Source: Pelomyxa schiedti (Eukaryota; Protista; Evosea). From it: DNA of 64,000 bases. A model generated the notes under the pieces. The model was not told the DNA's origin, ran no database searches, and saw nothing but the letters and a program-made list of their open reading frames with translations. The translations under genes and the position numbers were made by a program. Each line of letters starts with the position of its first letter. The first letter of the stretch is position 1. The stretch lies in contig JAHLWZ010000797.1 of the NCBI GenBank assembly GCA_020536535.1, positions 1 through 64,000 of the forward strand, written 5' to 3'. This document shows, in pieces, positions 38,864 to 50,610 of this stretch.

Positions 38864-40552
38864 ATGAGCACCGGCGACGGCATCAAGAAAGACTGTGTGA
38901 GTAGTAGTAACAGTGAGGCAGTAAGTACGGCTGGCGATCGCACGGCGAGCATTGGCGACAGTGGTGCGGGTGGCGCGCAATCTCGCGATCACGATGGCGC
39001 GACCGAGATCTCTAAGGAAGGAACCACGGGCGTGAGCGGCGCTGTCGACGGCGCAGCGGCCGAGCAGCAGGACGGCGAGGCCGCCTCCGGGGCCCCGCAC
39101 GATCTTTATGCGGCAGCGCCGCGTGATGAAAACGCCGACTGGGGACCCACCACCAGTGAAAATTGCTGGGAGGCTCAGTCTGTGGAATCTTCCGACCGCT
39201 GGGGACGTTTCTGTGTAGATGAGGACGGCGACGCTGTTGGGCCTGGCGGGGAAGACTACGACGAATGGGATTACTTGGACTCGAAAGCGGGCGCCATTCT
39301 TGGAACCCTGGGATTCGGTCCTGTGGAGGCCTCCCCTGCCGCTGAGACTCAATCGGTTCTCTCCCCCTTTACACGACTGGTCTCTTTGCCAACATGACTG
39401 GTTGAGTACACCCTTTAACTCAGTTCCCCAGGCTCATCTTGCTACTTGTGTTGTCCTTCACCCTCCTCTTCCAACTGCTTGTGCACGAGGGGGAGCAAAT
39501 GCTCTTCGATCGTTTGCCCAGTCTTGTGGGTGCACCCGGCCTACAAAAGCTAAATATGCCTATCACTCAAATAATCGGTTCCTTGGGTGGGCTGCTGTAA
39601 GTTTATCTCCCACTAAATTCATTAGCAATTCCATTTGAGGGTTTTATAATTTTAATAAAAATCAGGTGCTCTTTGCTACACCGGAACAAGCTGGTGATGC
39701 AGTTACCAAACTCCGCGCTTCAGGAGCGGATGCGACAATGGCAGAAGACTGGGAATATCAGCACCTCTTCGTCAAAAAACATCGTAGAACACTCGATACA
39801 ACAACCTTTCTTGATCAGGGTACACCGGATCCACCACTCTCGACTACATCATGTGCTACTGTTACGACTGCACCCCCTCAATTAACCTTGAATGAGTGTT
39901 TGAAGGCCGTACCTGGTACCCTAGCCCACTCAGAATGTGCAATTCGTTAACAGACTTTACAGATCTAATGGCACAAACATTCTTTGGCATAGACTTTGAG
40001 TGTGTATGCGCAATGAAAGGTTTGGCTGATGTATCTTTATGAGGTACTCAATAGGGTTTTTTTTTTAGGGGGAGTGTGCCTTCCAAACGAAATAGGAGTT
40101 CAGTCATTCAACCTTAAAGAGAGATTCTCGTGGTTTAACAGTGGTACACTCTGTGCTCCTACTGCGGCACCTTTTTTCCACTGTCTGATTAAACAAAAAT
40201 CTGTTCCTCCCCAGTAGTTTCCATCATCCTGCAGAAGATTGAAGGTAACCTTTGCAGGTATTTACAGACATCGATCCATACTGAGAGGCATTTACATGGA
40301 ATACCCTTAAACTGCACGTATAACACCCCGCACAGTAGTATTTCCCTCAACATTGGACCTAAGGAGTGCAGAGGGTGACGTGCGGCAAATTTGGACCAAC
40401 TTGACCACTTTCCTTCAATCACATTGTTCACGTGACCCAATCCTATTTGCCAAAGACTGCACTACTGAAAAGTATGGTGTTGTTGTGGAAATCACTCTCA
40501 TATAAGCTAGGGCATGTCTGAAGTGGCTTGCTGATGCTATTGGTTTCTAGCC

Positions 40553-40584
<32 letters not shown>

Positions 40585-41168
40585 CAAAAATAAAGAAAAA
40601 AGGAAAGCTGACTCTTGTTGTAGGAGAAGAAGATACACTCTCAAAGCGAGTATTCGAGCTTGAAGACCTTGTCACTATTGTATTGAGGGAGAAGAGCATT
40701 ACAATCGATCCAACAACAACGAGAAGATTTCTGTCAATACATTTTGGGTGTGAAGCCGACGCGTCTAGGAAGTAAGTTCACTTCACAGCTTCTTTTCACT
40801 TACCAACCAATAGATGCACGTGGCACTCTGAAAATTCTCTGAACCACGCGTGGCACTGTGCACTTGCAGATGCTCGTGCCATAGGATCGTGCATCCCGGC
40901 AATAGTACGGCAAGCCTCCGAGTTGGGAACTGCTGCAGGCCTCGATCCATCTCCCCTTGATCTAGAGATAATGCAATACCTGAAAGATAACCCCCCGGCT
41001 GTTGACGATGCCCCAGACTGGGGTGCCTCAGAATGGGGTAGTGTGGTTCCAGTAACAGACAGTGCCACCCAAGAACCTCCTGACGATGACGATGACAATG
41101 ACAATGAGGAGTCACCAAACAACACACCAACTACAGAACACAAGAGTGAAAAGAACTCTGGTGAGTAA
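38864..41168 (+). CDS. Maelstrom (MAEL)-domain protein with N-terminal RRM-like domain and DEDDh-type motifs, spliced
   Basis: Spliced translation: RRM-like FLGWAA-VLFATPEQAGDAVTKL; FFGIDFECVC..CLPNEIGVQSFNLKE, FFHCLIKQKSVPPQY..HLHGIP, ILFAKD..EKACLKWLA, VFELEDLV, CTWHSENSLNHAWHCALADA. All joins use GT-AG. Confidence 0.8.
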
Positions 41169-41452
41169 AACACATCCCAACAGTAAATGCTTGTGATTAT
41201 GTCGAGAATAAGAAAAAACACCATTTGTAACCGTGGATTCCCTACAAAACCACCTTTTAACTTCAAATGGGGACGGGAGGGCCGCTTAGGTGCGCTCATC
41301 CCAGGAACGACTTGCGTTGATCATGGTTTTGGCGGGAGCTCCACTCTTTCCCGTTATGGCCGGAAATCACTGTTTAGAAAAGGAAATCGTAACTTATGCT
41401 AAACAAAGTTACTTTTGGACACCACCACGCGCCACCACAAAAACATCCAGCG

Positions 41453-41739
41453 ATGGCTACATCATCAACCAGCGGGCTCTCGGCCAGCGCACGCCGCAAC
41501 GCCCCGGGCGTGGGATTTACCGCCGCAGCGCAGCCGCCCTTCCCCGGGGCGCCGCCGCTGCCCCCGCCGCCCACCCCCTCGGTCACCTCGCAGCTGTCCT
41601 TCCTGCCCCTCAGCAACACCCCCCTCACGAGCGCCACCACTTCTTCCTCGTCGCCGTCGTCCCAGGCTGTTCCCCCCCCTGCCTATGCGGTGGTGGGGGG
41701 GGAACCGTCGCCCGCCCCGCCGCCGTCGTCGTCGTGCTC

Positions 41740-41774
<35 letters not shown>

Positions 41775-44700
41775 GCGGGGCGGTGGTCCACCAGTCGCAG
41801 CCTACCACGACGACGTGCTGGGGCGGGGACGTGGCGGGGTGGAGGCAGGGGGTGCTGGGGGCGCTGACGAGGCTGTCGCGCAAGCACACGCAAGCCACTG
41901 CAATGCACGAATTGGAGAAGGCCGTCGAACAACTGGACGCAACCACACTACACTTGTTTATGGTAGCCACTCTTTTTCATTTTTCATTTTTTTTTATTTT
42001 GTACTTGGGAATTTCTTTTTTTTTTTTTTATATATGATTAGCTCTTTCTTTTTTTGTTTTTTTTTTTTCCTTCTTCTTGAACCAGCACCTGATAGTTTCC
42101 AACAGGGAATTGTGTTAGACGTAGGTCCAAATCAGTTACCCCCAAGTAAAGAAGTTGTACGACTAGTTGGCATTGCAGCACAGTGCCATCATAGCTCTTT
42201 GTCTCAATATGTTCCCAGAATGCTTACATTTCTTGTGAAAAGGATCAAGGTATCCACACCACTTAAATGTATTTATTCTCACTAGTCATGAAGGAAGCTC
42301 CAACGGCTCAAATTAGAGAAGCTTGTGTTGAGACATCTGGATTAATAGCAAAGCATATACCCCCGTACATTGGCAGAAATCCACCACTGGATTCTGCTTT
42401 TGTACTTTTCTTTAAACCACTACTTTCACTGCTTGGAGAGCAAGTATCCAAAAATTCTTAGTAAAGCGGTGCGTGCTTTTTGACACCTCACAGGACAGGT
42501 CCATCCAAACTACAACAGCACAGTGCATTGCGGAGATGGCGGTCTATTGCAATATCGGTTAGGTTACTATTTGGGAAGTCTTTACTTAATTTGTGGAATA
42601 GATTTACTTTTGAATTGTGTTGAGAAGCTTGTGTCTTCGCTTATACAAAGACTCTCGAATCCTGTCACGCATGCGCATGCTGCTATTATTTCATGCATTG
42701 CTAAAATAATGGAGGTATTCCTTCCGGTTCTGCCACTCTGGGATCGAAACTGTCATGGTAACTTAGGCTAAAACCCCCATAAGGTTATCAATGAAAGTGG
42801 ACTAGAATATGTGCCTCAAGTTATTTCTGCGTTTCTCGAGTCGCTCACACACTCCGACTGGTCAACAAGAAAAGCGGCTGCTGATGGCATATATTTGTTA
42901 TGCATTAAGTTGGGCCCTGCTATGCAACCTTTTAAGGTTGGACTTGGCAAAGTTTTATCGTCTACTAATAACTTAAACAGGATACCATTGTGGAAACCTT
43001 GCTAAAATGTCGCTTTGATAAAGTTTTCCTCCCAGTTTTTACTTGTGGAAAGTTAATACATCTAGGTGCCTCCTGTGAGGGAAGCCATTGGCTTGGGACT
43101 TCAGTTCTTCAATGTAATCCCACAACAACAGTCCAACTACTATCAATCTACATTGAGAAGAGGCACGCTTCGTACTTCAAACCTTACAGGGGAAGATGTC
43201 TGCACAGATTATGGGTTTTGCATGCCTTTTTTGTACTCTAGTTTCCTTAGTTTTGACAGGACTACAAGACACTCTCAACGACCTGCATCAAAGGGGGTTC
43301 CATCTACTTCAGCTTCCATACGTACAAATGCAACAGCCTCGAAATCTGCTGCCACTAATAGAATGTCGTTGAGAGAAAGGCTTGGTGTTAGTGGTGCAAA
43401 AAAAAACGACTGGGAAATTGTGATTGTTGAGCCACCTCCCCGAAAAACTGGTGCAGGGGAGCCACCAACCTATGGAGACAATCAAAATTCAGACCCAAAT
43501 GAGGTTGTGTCAAATGATGGAAACCCAGCTGAGGAAGAAGCAAAACAAGACAGTCCTATTACACCAAATAATGACGAGCCTTATGGCGATTTGTGTGACG
43601 AAGATGACACCAAAATTGATGTTCAGTGTCAAAATGAGAATGAATTAGTGGATGAGGAGCTACTGGATGATCAAGCGACTGACGAAGGCACAAAGAAAGG
43701 TGAAGCACCCTTCAGCAAACCCGAAGTAGAGAGTAAGGGATATGAGACCCACCAAAAAGGTGACAGAGATGACCTTAGTGAGGAAAATGCGTCTCCTCAA
43801 AGTAATGCTGAAACCCGACCTGCCGCTACAGCAGAGAATTCTAAAAGTGACCTTTCTCAAGGAAACGGGATAGACCGCTATGCAGATTGGGACGAGTTCA
43901 TTGACGAAGCGATAGAATCTCCCCAGCTAGAGGAAGAAACACTCCCCTCAGATTCGCAAGTCACATGCAACCCACAGAACTTTGAAACCAACCCGGAAGA
44001 TCTGGTTGAAATTGACGATGTCGAACGAGAATTAGAATTGAATTTGGCTGAGCAAGACTTATCAGAAGATAGAAATGAGAATGATAGACAACAAGTACTG
44101 ACTCAAAACAACTTGCAATACAACATGCATCCCGTACAACAATCTGAGAAGCAAGATTTTCACAGCAAAGTATTTCGTACTAATCTTTATATTTTGTTTT
44201 GACAAACAAAATAGGGTGGCATGAAAAGTATGGTCCCTAATTCACAGTACCAGGTACTTCACTACACCATTATTAAGTTCTGACTAGGCAATAAAAGTTC
44301 ATTCAAAGGAATCCAGAACGAGGGAATGCCATTTCACAGCCGAGACACGTTCAGGCAAGTACATCGATGAAAAGTGCACCAAGGGCGCGCACAGAACCCA
44401 GTCAAGCTGGCAATTTAACAAAAAACCCACCCAAACCCACTCAAATGGATGCCAGCACACCAAGATCCTATGTTCCACCACTTGCAAATAGGCCAGCCCA
44501 TAAATCCCTGGCACCTTCATATAAAGGGCTCACTAATTCTGTTGCCCCTAGAGTGCAATCACATACCCGACCGTTACATCACCCAAAAGTTCTCATCCAA
44601 CCAGGATCTCAGTTTTCCTCAAAATCTGTAGCAACAGAGCATAAAAAAGTCCCGTACGTTCCTCCCCCACTGCGGCACACAGAAAGCACAATCAAACATA

Positions 44701-45660
44701 TACGTACAAGCCACTCTGCAGATTCTGATATTGTCCAAGAATTACGAAATCAACTACAACTAGTTACACAGGTTCTAACGATTAATTGTCCGTCTTTTAA
44801 CCTTTATTCGTAGCAAAACGCCCAAATGATGGAGCAAGTAAAAATGCTCTCACAAGATTTCAAATCTGGTCTTGACAACTTACTCCAGCGAGTAAATGCA
44901 GTAGAGACCGCTTTTGCAGATCACATAGAAAAGCACTCTGCTCTTTCCGCCTCTATTTTGTCACAATCTGGAGGTATGCCATTTCGAACTAGAAAAGTTG
45001 GTCACCACTCCACCTCAGAAAAGGAGCACGACAGTGATTCCGAATATACCCAAACTCCACGTCATAACAGTGATGATCAACACAGCACGCGGCGTCCTTC
45101 CTCTTACTCACTTCTCTCCTCTTCGTCCTCTTCCGCCTCCTCCCTCACCTCTTCCCCACGCCTTTCTCATGCACCAAATGGTTTTGCACCATCCACAAAG
45201 CAGCTACAGTGGCTAATCTCTATTGGGCACATACAAAAAGCATATGAGGTTGTTCTTACAGCACAAGACCCTGTACAGCTTCTGCGATTAATGAAAATGA
45301 CAGGTAGGATCCAATATAAAATGTAATTATTCATGTAACCTCGGTCCAGGACCCTGTTTGCGGTCACTGTCAGGACAACAAATTGTGGAACTTTTTAAAC
45401 TCGTGACCCCGTTTTTAGAAGAATCCAAGCACCCAGGTAGCCATTTTTTCTCTTTTAACAGTTGCAGCACTTACCCACACCCAGAGATAATTCTCCCATG
45501 GGTGGAGCAAGAAGTAAAAGACCTTGGGCCACTACCCCCGAAACACACTCACCTTCTTGTGAATATGCTGTCACGCCTGGCTGGGAATCCTAAAGATGAG
45601 GGTATAAAAGCTGGCTTCCTGCTGGGACAAATCAAAAGCAAATGGTCAGGTGTACTTTGA
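41453..45660 (+). CDS. TORTIFOLIA1/SPIRAL2-like HEAT-repeat microtubule-associated protein, spliced
   Basis: KEVVRLVG, IREAC, FFKPLLSLLGEQ, SDWSTRKAAAD, CRFDKVPPVREA, DWEIVIVEP, coiled coil ELRNQLQL..RVNAVE, C-terminal AYEVVL..D..LLRLMKMTGP. Confidence 0.75.
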
Positions 45661-45867
45661 GCCTCACGAGTTCAGCTCCACAGGATCTATTCCCAATGTT
45701 GATTTCCACTGGGGTGTGCCCCACCAGCATGGAAGGGGTTTTTGTTGTACAAAAAAGTATGTAAAATAGCAGCTGTTTAATGTGGTTTTTTCCCACAACC
45801 AAACAATCACCACCCCACAAGAAGCCAACATGACTAGACATCAGCACCCAATGGTTTTGGGACTAAC

Positions 45868-46100
45868 AAAAAAAAAAGTGCTATTCCCGTCGGGAGTAGT
45901 GGAGTCTCGTGTGTATAGTTGGTCTCAGAGTGGGTTCTCCACAAAGATTCCAACACCTCCCCTATAGAGCTTTAGGAGGGCCCTGGGGAGGTCCCGGAGC
46001 ACTGTCTTGAGATGATAGGAGCCGGGTTGTGATTTTGGTTGAAGGCCGCCACGGGGGTTGCTAAGCCGTTGTAATCAACGACGACAACCCTCGCAGCAAC
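45868..46100 (-). ncRNA. Candidate structured non-coding RNA of unknown family with oligo-T terminator
   Basis: Several stems plus an H-type pseudoknot pairing in a GC-rich intergenic patch, ending at T10 on the minus strand (see findings). Confidence 0.4.
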
Positions 46101-46289
46101 ATTTCATTGATGGATAGGTTTTTGAATCGAAGGAACACGATGACATTTGAGCACCCCAACAACAGGGAACGCACCGAAATTGGCTGGAGCCGGTTGGACT
46201 TTTGCTACCCAGAAAACTGGCTCAGCTGGGATTATGGGCGAAAAGAAATCAATAAAACCGGCAAGTTGCCTTGGCTGCCCCGAACGGAC

Positions 46290-47745
46290 ATGCGACCCAC
46301 TGTTAGTGTGGTTTTTACATTGTTGGCCTGCACCTGTGTTGTTTTTGCTGATGGTGGATTATGGGAGTACCGCGGCATGACATTCACAGGGGACCGGTAC
46401 TGTCCCTACGTAAACATGGGGACCGACGTTGCAGCTCAGTCTCTGGACCATTTGGTCTCAACTGGTGCCAATTGGGTGGCAATTGTGGCCACTCTGTACC
46501 AATATACAATAAACACGTATGTGTATCTAGTAATAATTGATACACAACTGTAATGTGCTCGTCAGGTTATTGCCCTGATGAATGAGTCAATTTTATCGAT
46601 CAGTCTATTTTCGTAGATACTAACGTGTTGTTACAGAACGGATGTGTTCCCTTTGTTTGATCCAAATGAGATACTGGATACCGAATGTAATTACTACACG
46701 TTTGTGACCGAGACTGATGACAACATCAGAACTGCAATCCGCTATTCCCATAGCATTGGCCTCAAGGTGCTCCTTAAGCCACATGTTGACCTCTTGGGTG
46801 GTGGGATTGCTCCTTGTGGTATAACATTCATCATTGGGGGAAAAAACAAACACTAAGTACAATAGGCCAGTATTGGAGAGGAAATATTGGAATTTATTTC
46901 ACCGAGTCGGACTGGGACGAGTGGTTCACAAGTTATGGCACACAGTTTCTCCACTACGCGCAAATAGCTGAAGAAGAGGGGGTGGAAATGATGAGCATGA
47001 ATTGTGAGCTTATCACTGCCAACTTACAGGAGGCACATTGGAGGGACCTCGTGCAGGTTTGATTATTAATACCTATTGACTTTACCAATACACATTGGTT
47101 TCTCACTGTTTCTCAGAAAACTAGGCAAGTCTTTACTGGTCTGATTACAGAAAGTGCAAATTGGGGGCTATCCAATATTGAAATAGGATGGTGGGATGCT
47201 GTTGACATCATTGGGGTGGATGCATATTACCCAATTGATGGAACCACCCTTGATGAAATGGTTGCATCATGGGCACCAATCCTGGACAGTCTCGTTCCAT
47301 TCGTGTTGAAATTCAGTAAGTCACTGATTTTTACTGAGATCGGATACTGCAGTGGAAACTGCCAGAGGTCATATACACCCAATGAGGAAGATTACCAACT
47401 GCAAGCCACATACTATGAAGCAGTGTTTGTGGCCACACAGGGTAGAGACTGGTTCAAAGGAGTGTATGCTCAATCCTTTATGTTTTTTTTTTCGTTTGCC
47501 AATACTGGTTTTCTCAACTCAGGTTCTGGTGGAACTGGGATACTGATGCAGCCTTGCCTTTGGATGATTCCTGCCTGACACCACAAGTTGAAATTCCCCA
47601 TACCAAATTTACTACTTGACTGATCTGTTTACAGTTCAAACCAGTAGAAGATGTTCTCAGGAATTATTACAATGCCACTCAACCCAAGCCCTCTCCTCCC
47701 TCATACACTGGGTTGTGTGTTGGCCCTGGCAAATGCACCTGCTAA
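46290..47745 (+). CDS. Secreted glycoside hydrolase family 113 (beta-mannanase-like TIM barrel), spliced
   Basis: Signal peptide; GANWVAI, GLKVLLKPHVD, WRGNI, WFTSY, NCEL (acid/base E), ANWG, WWDAVDIIGVDAYYP, IFTEIGY (nucleophile E), GxFWWNW. Confidence 0.82.
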
Positions 47746-47895
47746 ACAAAACAACCAAAAAAGTCGTGGAACTCCCAAGCAAAAGCCTAATTAACAGTCA
47801 ATTGGTGCGGCAATTCCAACAATTTTTAAGATCGTTGTACTTCGTGTTTTTGAGACCCAGAAAAAAAACAAAAAAAACCTACCGAAACCGGGACC

Positions 47896-48685
47896 ATGAT
47901 GCCACAGGAGTGCTCTTATTGTCTGCGAGCTAATCCGAGTGTGAGAAAAAGGCCGGCGGACGCTGGAGCGGTGGAGATCCTGACGTGCGACGAGTGCGCA
48001 TCGGTGTTTGACAAGGCGCACCCAAACAGGATCTCGGCGTCCTCGTGCTCTCCTGTTCCGTTTGATTTCTTCTCGCCTTTGGTGCACTGTTACTACCCTG
48101 TAGAGACTGAGCTACTGGCCTCTTTTTATGAGTGCAATCCACCAATTTGCATCAGGGGCAGAAACTACAGGTTCGGCCAACTACACCCACACAAAAAGCC
48201 AGAAAAATAAAACTTAACAGTAAGCTAAACAAACTCACCTTGATGTCTAAAGGACCGTGGAGCACTGGCAGCAGTCCAAGAAATTCGAGGGCACACCCTA
48301 CGAATTGGAAATTGCGAATGCCCTGTCGCACTCAGATGCGCACATTATGGGCAACAGCAGTGGGAAAAATAAAATCCGGCCCGACTGGGAACAAGTCAAA
48401 CTCGACGTGTGTACCAACGCTTTATATCTTGTACCAAAACAAACCCTTGTCACTCACTTCCGAAACAAATAGTTACTGTATGAAGCCACGCTGGCAAAGT
48501 TTCAGCAGCACAGAGGGGCACAGCAGGCCCTCATGGCCACCAAAGGCAAGCAACTTGTGCAGGTTGACACTGATCTTTTCTGGGGAATGATGGCTGCCGA
48601 TGACCCGACAATGGCTCTGGGTGCCAACAATGCCGCTAAGGTATTGATGAGAGTCAGAGACTCCCTCGAACAACAGGGGCTGTAG
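47896..48685 (+). CDS. NADAR (YbiA/DUF1768) domain protein with N-terminal CxxC...CxxC Zn ribbon, 2 introns
   Basis: LASFY, TVEHWQQSKKF, RPDWEQVK, AKFQQH..LMAT, DLFWG, GANNAAKVLMRVR; N-terminal CSYC...CDEC. Confidence 0.85.
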
Positions 48686-48942
48686 ACCTCAGATAAAGGT
48701 TTTTGTTTTTACCTCCATCTGTTAGCCACTGATTGTAAATCTTTACTTCATAAAAAATTTTGTTTGCCTTTCTTGGGTGCGGTGTGACACTTCACGGTCG
48801 ATACAATGACGGAGGGTGTAATTCAAGGTTTGATTTGGACCTCTGTTCATTGTTCACTCAAAGCAAAAACAAGGTGGTCGTTTGCACTATTACTCACATA
48901 ACGACAAAAAAAAACAAACCAAAAGGGTTGACTCTGTTTGAC

Positions 48943-50502
48943 ATGTTACGGGTTCCTGTTGTGGTTGATGATGCCACTATCGAGGATTCTCTTGTGGAGA
49001 TAAGCACTTTTGATGCGTCGAAGCTGGTGGAGTGTCCAGTGTGCATGACACCGATGGATATGGTTTCATCCCCTGTGGCAATAATGGACTGTATGCATAG
49101 GTTCTGTCAGGGTTGCATTGAAACTGCTTTGAGGCTTGGGTGTGCTCTCTAATTATATGCACTTACTCTCACCGTTTTGCTCAGAAAGAAAGAGTGCCCT
49201 GAATGTCGGACTCCTGTGTCTTCTCGAAGGAATGTGAGGTACAAACGCGAATTAAATTCTTTATCACATAGTGATCCCATATCTCACAATTCTGGGTAGA
49301 GCTGACAGAAACTTCGCCAACCTTGTTGAAGCTATAATGTCTCAGTCACCAGACAAAGCACCAGCTCCAGAGCCTGCTCCTTCTACAAGAGAAAATGAGT
49401 CAATACCCATACCAGAAGTTGGAGAAAAGCCAGATGTAGCAGACCCTGAGAAGGTACCAGCTTTACAATGTTCGATATTCTGATATCAAGGGGTGGTAAC
49501 CCAAAAACAAGAAAGATGAAGCTCCATCGGAAGAGATACAATTGCCTCCTCCGCCAAAAAAAGTTGAATCAAAACCAATTTACTCATCACTTCATTTTAC
49601 TCTCTTCATAGAAAATAAGTTCAAGTGGCAGTGTAAGTACAAGTCCAGGTGCAAGTTCAAGTATAAGTACATCTTTGAGATTCGCTCTCACTTTACACAG
49701 GTTCACAGCCTGCACCACAGGAAGAGAAAAAACGTAAAAGAGGAAGGCCACCCACGAAAGATAAATCGTCTGAAGTCCAAGAGCCTTCATCACATAAAAA
49801 GAGGAAGACAACCAAAGAAAAGAGCAAGTCAGAGAAATCGAAATCCGAGAGGAAAAGTAAATCCAAAACAAAGAAACATGAAAGCAAGCACGAGAAAGTG
49901 AAGAAAGAAAAAAAAGAAAAGAAAGAGAAGAAAGACAAGAAAGAGAAGAAGGAAAAGGAAAAGAAAGAAAAGCACAAGACTGAAAAGTGCACAACACCCT
50001 CCACTACTGCACTGTCCCCAGCAGCAAAGAGAAGAACCAGGCGAAGTTCAGCTTTCTCCTCAACAAATTCTACAACCGTACCTGTTTAGTTCCGCTCTTC
50101 CTATCTAATCTCTGTGTAGGCACCACCAACGCCAGCTCCACCCCCTATTGACATGATACATTTCATTTTGGACTCCAAGGTACCAAACTTTACCCTCCAG
50201 AGAAAATACCTAAGGGTGCCTGCCTCGGTTACTGTATCTTCCATGTAAGTAAATATGAAACAAATCATGACCCTCTCACAAATACCATACCAGGTGCAAT
50301 TACCTTTCTGATGTACTGAGTAAGCCACCCGACTCCTTCACCATTTTCGTTGGTGATCTGGAAACACCCCTTGTACCTGAACTTACTCTCAATGACCTTC
50401 TTGAAAATGTATCGACTTCCTCATTTCAATGGAAAAAATAATCCATTGCAGCACTGGAGACAACGGGACATGATGAGGCTGCAGTTCGTGGTGAATGAAT
50501 AA
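48943..50502 (+). CDS. RING1/RNF2-like E3 ligase (PRC1 type; RING + probable RAWUL), spliced
   Basis: ECPVC...DCMHRFCQGCIETALRLG-KKECPECRTPVSSRRNVRADRNFANLV; Lys/Glu-rich linker; C-terminal RKYLRVPASVTV...LTLNDL. Confidence 0.78.
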
Positions 50503-50610
50503 TTTTGTTCTGTATACAAGATAAATCTGTGCAAATTCCGTTTTATTTCATACATAACATTAGCTGGTATATTTGGCAAGTTGAACTTTGCTGGAGGTGG
50601 ATATGACAGG

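Noticed and set aside
45868-46100. HDV-like ribozyme, SRP RNA or RNase P/MRP identity for the structured element
   Set aside because: No P3/P1.1 nest, no SRP helix-8 motif and no matching CR-I/CR-V P4 pairing.
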